From Gammaproteobacteria bacterium (GTDB taxonomy: Bacteria; Pseudomonadota; Gammaproteobacteria; Eutrophobiales; Eutrophobiaceae), in contig CBDEUK010000002.1 of assembly GCA_965243205.1 (NCBI GenBank), forward strand, positions 928,001-992,000: a stretch of 64,000 nucleotides of DNA, read 5' to 3'. The position numbers were made by a program, and so were the translations under genes. Below are positions 59,817-64,000 of the stretch, one piece after another. Positions within the stretch are counted from its first letter, which is position 1. Every line of letters begins with the position of its first letter. The notes under the pieces were generated by a model. It made no database searches. It saw nothing but the letters and a program-made list of their open reading frames with translations, and was not told the origin of the DNA.

Positions 59817-62243
59817 ATGAAAAATAAAATTAACCGTTCCATGCTGGCTGTCATGGGATTAATGACTTTAAAGGCACAGGCCGTAGGCTTAGGTGAGCTG
59901 GTCGTCCATTCTAAGTTGGGTGAACCTTTAACCGCGGAAATCCAAATTATCCAATCAAATGGAGAATTTCTTGCCGCTGACGATATGATTGTAAATATCG
60001 CGACAGAAAGTGAGCATGCAAAGCGTTCCTTAGATGGCTATCTAGCAAGACAGAATTTACAGCTACAACTTACTGAAACCTTAAGCGACGATGTGTCTCT
60101 TAAACTAAGTTCAAATCAACCAATTAATGAACCATTCTTAAATTTCTTAATTGAGCTTAAATGGAATGCTGGTCGTATTATTAAAGAGTTTACTATTCTG
60201 TTAGATCCTCCAGGCTTCCAAGCAGAAAAAACATCAACAACAATAGCTCCAATCGCTACAACTGCTATTGTTACTAAAACACCAACGACAACAAAACAAA
60301 CATATCGTTTTGAGCCAGCTAAAAAAGCTGTTTCAAACACCCCATATACCAATGGCCAATATGGTCCAGTGCAATCTGGTGAAACCTTATCTGAAATCGC
60401 AATGCGAGTAAGGCCTGCAGGTTATGGCATTGCTTTGGTAGATATGATTGAAGCGATTTATGTTAGTAATCAAGCTGCTTTTATAAATGGCGATAAAAAT
60501 TTATTACAACGTGGTGTTATTTTATCCATACCCGAAGTTAACACTGTACTTGCTGGATCAGAAACATCAATACAGTCTGTTGAGACAATAACAAATAAAG
60601 CTCAAAACGATATTGAACCTGTTGAAATTCACTTTGCCTCGATGTCACAAAGTATAGACCTTAACACTTCTTATACTTTCTCAGGTTTAAAATTAAGTAC
60701 AGAACTGGATCGATCATTTCTTGAAGTTGCACAAGCAATGGTAATTGAATCAGCAGAACCTGTTAGCGAATTAAACGAATCTCAAGTAATTACTGAAATA
60801 GAAACTGAAGCTTCCGAAATAGAATCTTCTGTCATTACTGAAGTTGAACAAGAGGTAGTTGAATACACTTCTGAAACACCAGTTATTAATTCTGAAGAGA
60901 TAATAAATGAAACATCTACTGAAGTATTGGATAACGATGTTGAACTTGAAAACAATCAAATCATTGTTGAAACTGAAGCAACAGAAGCTGTTATTGAATC
61001 AACTGTTGATCCTATTGAAGCAACTAACAACGCTGAATCCGAAACAGAAACAAAAAGCTCATCTTCAGCAAACCCTATATATTTAGTGATTTCTGTCATT
61101 GGAGCTATATTATTCTTATCAATGAGTGCGTTGTTAATTTATTTTAGAAGAAATAAAGAAGAAGCTGTTCGTCCTAATATTAATTTAAATATTGATAAAG
61201 CTAACACTATACCGCCTCGTGTATTCGTTAATGAAAAATCGAACGATAATGCTGACGAAAACATTCATATCATTAAAGAAACTGCTGCTGAAAATGTTAA
61301 TTCAGAAACTATTGATCTTATGGATATGGAACAAACTATTTCTGAAAAAACTGGGCACATTGCAACCGTTGTTATGTCACCAGAAGAATTTGCTGAAGTA
61401 GGAGTTAATATTAATTTAAAAGAAGATGAAACTAATTCATCAACAGACGACGAAGCGTTAATTAAAGATTTTCTAAATACCGTTGAAATACCTGACAACA
61501 TAGACGAAGAACATACCATAGAAGAACATTCGGATTTTTCTATCGTCGAAAAATCAAATGAACACGACATTCAAACTGAACATGATGAAACGTTTATCGA
61601 TATCAGTGTTCCATTAAATCATAATGATAATGAAGTAAATACAATCATTAATGAAATCCTCGAAGGCGAGCTTGAAAAAGCACCTGAAAATGATTCTTTG
61701 ATTATTGAATCGGAGAATGATTATATTGATGTTCCTGAAACAACAACAGCAACTGATGATTTAGAGCTTAAAACAATCACAGAAAATATAGCTGAAATGA
61801 AAAAGGATTCTGAGCTAATTGATTTAGACAGTGATTTAGGACCTTCGAACGAATTTGAACCATTAGAATTTAGTGATGATGTATACGAAGCACCTGAAGT
61901 ATTGGATTCTCCTAACATTGAAGATTTAGTCGTCAACTTCCAAACATCGCACCCTGAAAAAGAATTTGAAAAACAAGTTTCTGTTTTTATGGCATATGGT
62001 GATTATGTTGGTGCAGAAGATGTAATTGAGAAAGCATTAAAAGAGTCTCCAGAAAATAACACTTATCGTTTAGCACAATTAAGTCTTTATAAAGCTACTG
62101 GAAAATTTGGTGCCGCTTTAGTTCTATCGGAAGAATTGAATTTAATCAAACACGATTTGACTGAAATAGAACAAAAGAAATTAGAGTTACTCAGTGATGA
62201 TTTGAATCCGGCAGATGATGATTCAATCAACTTTGCTTCGTAA
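59817..62243 (+). CDS. fimV: FimV/HubP-like polar landmark protein
   Basis: GLGELVVHSKLGEPLTAEI...EPFLNFLIEL...FTILLDPP, LysM (YGPVQSGETLSEIA), TM, acidic region, TPR. Confidence 0.85.
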   Translation: MKNKINRSMLAVMGLMTLKAQAVGLGELVVHSKLGEPLTAEIQIIQSNGEFLAADDMIVNIATESEHAKRSLDGYLARQNLQLQLTETLSDDVSLKLSSNQPINEPFLNFLIELKWNAGRIIKEFTILLDPPGFQAEKTSTTIAPIATTAIVTKTPTTTKQTYRFEPAKKAVSNTPYTNGQYGPVQSGETLSEIAMRVRPAGYGIALVDMIEAIYVSNQAAFINGDKNLLQRGVILSIPEVNTVLAGSETSIQSVETITNKAQNDIEPVEIHFASMSQSIDLNTSYTFSGLKLSTELDRSFLEVAQAMVIESAEPVSELNESQVITEIETEASEIESSVITEVEQEVVEYTSETPVINSEEIINETSTEVLDNDVELENNQIIVETEATEAVIESTVDPIEATNNAESETETKSSSSANPIYLVISVIGAILFLSMSALLIYFRRNKEEAVRPNINLNIDKANTIPPRVFVNEKSNDNADENIHIIKETAAENVNSETIDLMDMEQTISEKTGHIATVVMSPEEFAEVGVNINLKEDETNSSTDDEALIKDFLNTVEIPDNIDEEHTIEEHSDFSIVEKSNEHDIQTEHDETFIDISVPLNHNDNEVNTIINEILEGELEKAPENDSLIIESENDYIDVPETTTATDDLELKTITENIAEMKKDSELIDLDSDLGPSNEFEPLEFSDDVYEAPEVLDSPNIEDLVVNFQTSHPEKEFEKQVSVFMAYGDYVGAEDVIEKALKESPENNTYRLAQLSLYKATGKFGAALVLSEELNLIKHDLTEIEQKKLELLSDDLNPADDDSINFAS

Positions 62244-62251
62244 GTTTTAAG

Positions 62252-62899
62252 TTATTTCACTTTCCACTGATTCACAATCATACAAAACAAACGTGCAGTT
62301 TGCTCTGCATCGTAACGCGCTGAATGCGCTTCTTTGGCATCCCATTCTAATCCAGCTTCCTTAGCAGCTCTTGCTAACACCGTTTGGCCATAAGCTAAAC
62401 CAGCTAACGACACAGTATCAAAGGTACTGAATGGGTGAAATGGATTACGTTTGATTTTACAACGATCGGCCGCAGCATTTACAAACGACAAATCAAATGA
62501 TGCATTGTGGCCAACTAAAATCGCTTTACGACAATGATGTGATTTAATTTTCTTTCGTATTAATTGAAAAATTTCAGCTAGGCCATCTTGCTCAGACACA
62601 GCAATCTGTTTTCGAAATGGATGTTCAGGATTAATACCCGTAAATTCTAATGCTGCTGGATCTAAGTTAGCTCCTTCAAACGGTTGAATGTGTTTGCTAA
62701 TCGTTTCATCCAATACCCATTGACCGTCGTTATCCACTGTAAGTGTTACCGCAGCGACTTCAAGTAAGGCATCTGTGTTAGGATTAAAACCTGCCGTTTC
62801 AACATCCACCACAATCGGTAAAAAACCACGAAACCGATTAGCCGCAACAGAACCTAAATCAGCATTCACGTTATTATCTAATTCGTGACTGTCTTCCAT
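62252..62899 (-). CDS. rnt: Ribonuclease T (start probably 62899)
   Basis: [44 protein letters not shown]. Confidence 0.96.
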   Translation of the reverse strand: MEDSHELDNNVNADLGSVAANRFRGFLPIVVDVETAGFNPNTDALLEVAAVTLTVDNDGQWVLDETISKHIQPFEGANLDPAALEFTGINPEHPFRKQIAVSEQDGLAEIFQLIRKKIKSHHCRKAILVGHNASFDLSFVNAAADRCKIKRNPFHPFSTFDTVSLAGLAYGQTVLARAAKEAGLEWDAKEAHSARYDAEQTARLFCMIVNQWKVK

Positions 62900-63918
62900 C
62901 TCATCTCTTCTCCTGCAGCAAACGGAATCAGATATGTGTTCGCAAGTGGTAATTGTTTTGGAACAGTCCAAGTGGTTTGTTCTATTGTGATTGTGCCCTC
63001 ATTCAAAGGTAAACCATAAAATTCTGCTCCATATTTTGAAGCGAAATTTTCTAGTTTATCCATAGCATCTGCTTGAGAAAAAATCTCAGCATAAAGCTCA
63101 ATCGCATTAAACGCTGAATATATGCCTGCACAACCACAATCCGATTCTTTTTTTGCATGTGAATGCGGCGCACTATCTGTGCCGAGAAAAAAACGCGAAT
63201 CGCCACCAGTTGCTGCGTTAAAAATAGCTTCACGATGTTGTTCAGCTTTTAAGATCGGTAAACAATATCGGTGTGGGCGAATGCCGCCTTCAAATAAAGC
63301 GTTACGATTTAACAAACAATGTTGAGGCGTGATTGTAGCAGCGAATTTTTTCTCAACTGAATAAACATAATCAACGGCATGTTTGGTGGTAATATGTTCA
63401 AACACAATCTTAAGATTAGGAAATCGCTTTCTTAACGGTTCCAATATAGTATCGATAAATTTCGCTTCGCGATCGAAAACGTCAACATCTGCATCCGTAA
63501 CTTCACCGTGTAATAGTAACGGAACATCACACTCTTCCATCACACTTAGAACATCGTAAGTTAATTCAATATTTGTCACGCCGCTGTCTGAGTTTGTCGT
63601 AGCACCTGCAGGATAATATTTCACCGCATGGATATGTTCGGACTGTTGTAATAATTTGATCTCTTGAGGATCGGTATTATCAGTTAAATACAACGTCATT
63701 AATGGTTCAAACGCATTATCATCAGCTAAGGCTTCGATAATTCTTAGACGGTATTGCAACGCTTGTTCACAAGTTGTAATCGGCGGCTTTAAATTAGGCA
63801 TGATAATGGCTCTAGAAAACTGTCGTGCTGTATGGCCTACAACAGCTTTTAATTCTTCGCCATCACGGACATGCAAATGCAAGTCATCGGGTTTTCTGAT
63901 TGTGATTGATGTCATCAA
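62878..63918 (-). CDS. pyrC: Dihydroorotase
   Basis: [39 protein letters not shown]. Confidence 0.97.
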   Translation of the reverse strand: MMTSITIRKPDDLHLHVRDGEELKAVVGHTARQFSRAIIMPNLKPPITTCEQALQYRLRIIEALADDNAFEPLMTLYLTDNTDPQEIKLLQQSEHIHAVKYYPAGATTNSDSGVTNIELTYDVLSVMEECDVPLLLHGEVTDADVDVFDREAKFIDTILEPLRKRFPNLKIVFEHITTKHAVDYVYSVEKKFAATITPQHCLLNRNALFEGGIRPHRYCLPILKAEQHREAIFNAATGGDSRFFLGTDSAPHSHAKKESDCGCAGIYSAFNAIELYAEIFSQADAMDKLENFASKYGAEFYGLPLNEGTITIEQTTWTVPKQLPLANTYLIPFAAGEEMRWKTVTN

Positions 63919-64000
63919 ATTACGTGTTCACGATTAATTTTTTCAATGCGCAAAACTATCATACTTGCTGCTTTGTGTCTGATTGATTTTCCATTGTTGG

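Noticed and set aside
62900-62971. Cys-rich N-terminal extension of RNase T
   Set aside because: It lies inside pyrC in another frame; ATG 62899 gives a typical length.

Overview
An AT-rich bacterial chromosomal segment, probably from a marine gammaproteobacterium (inferred from gene content such as tal, rnt, pyrC, fimV, katG, cfa and VPLPA-CTERM proteins). 1-28 kb holds stress, detoxification and signalling genes: cupins, GSTs, LysR, a CGNR regulator with two hydrolases, ogt, c-di-GMP enzymes, a PAS chemoreceptor, DASH cryptochrome, katG, lipoproteins and peptidases. 29-46.7 kb is an accessory patchwork. It carries two copies of an unannotated, purifying-selected 54-aa ORF, each divergent from a different XRE regulator with its own pair of operator-like sites. 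It also has a four-gene cluster of secreted proteins (three with a shuffled Cys-rich domain) next to a two-component system with shared palindromes, and a 39.4-44.4 kb stretch cut into gene-sized blocks by eight related REP-like sites. 46.8-64 kb has a molybdoenzyme with an upstream MITE-like element, tal, an SBP-kinase-regulator-c-di-GMP cascade, tandem cNMP-HDOD genes, fimV, rnt and pyrC. I saw no rRNA, tRNA, CRISPR array, integrase or transposase. All calls are made by eye; no database searches were run.
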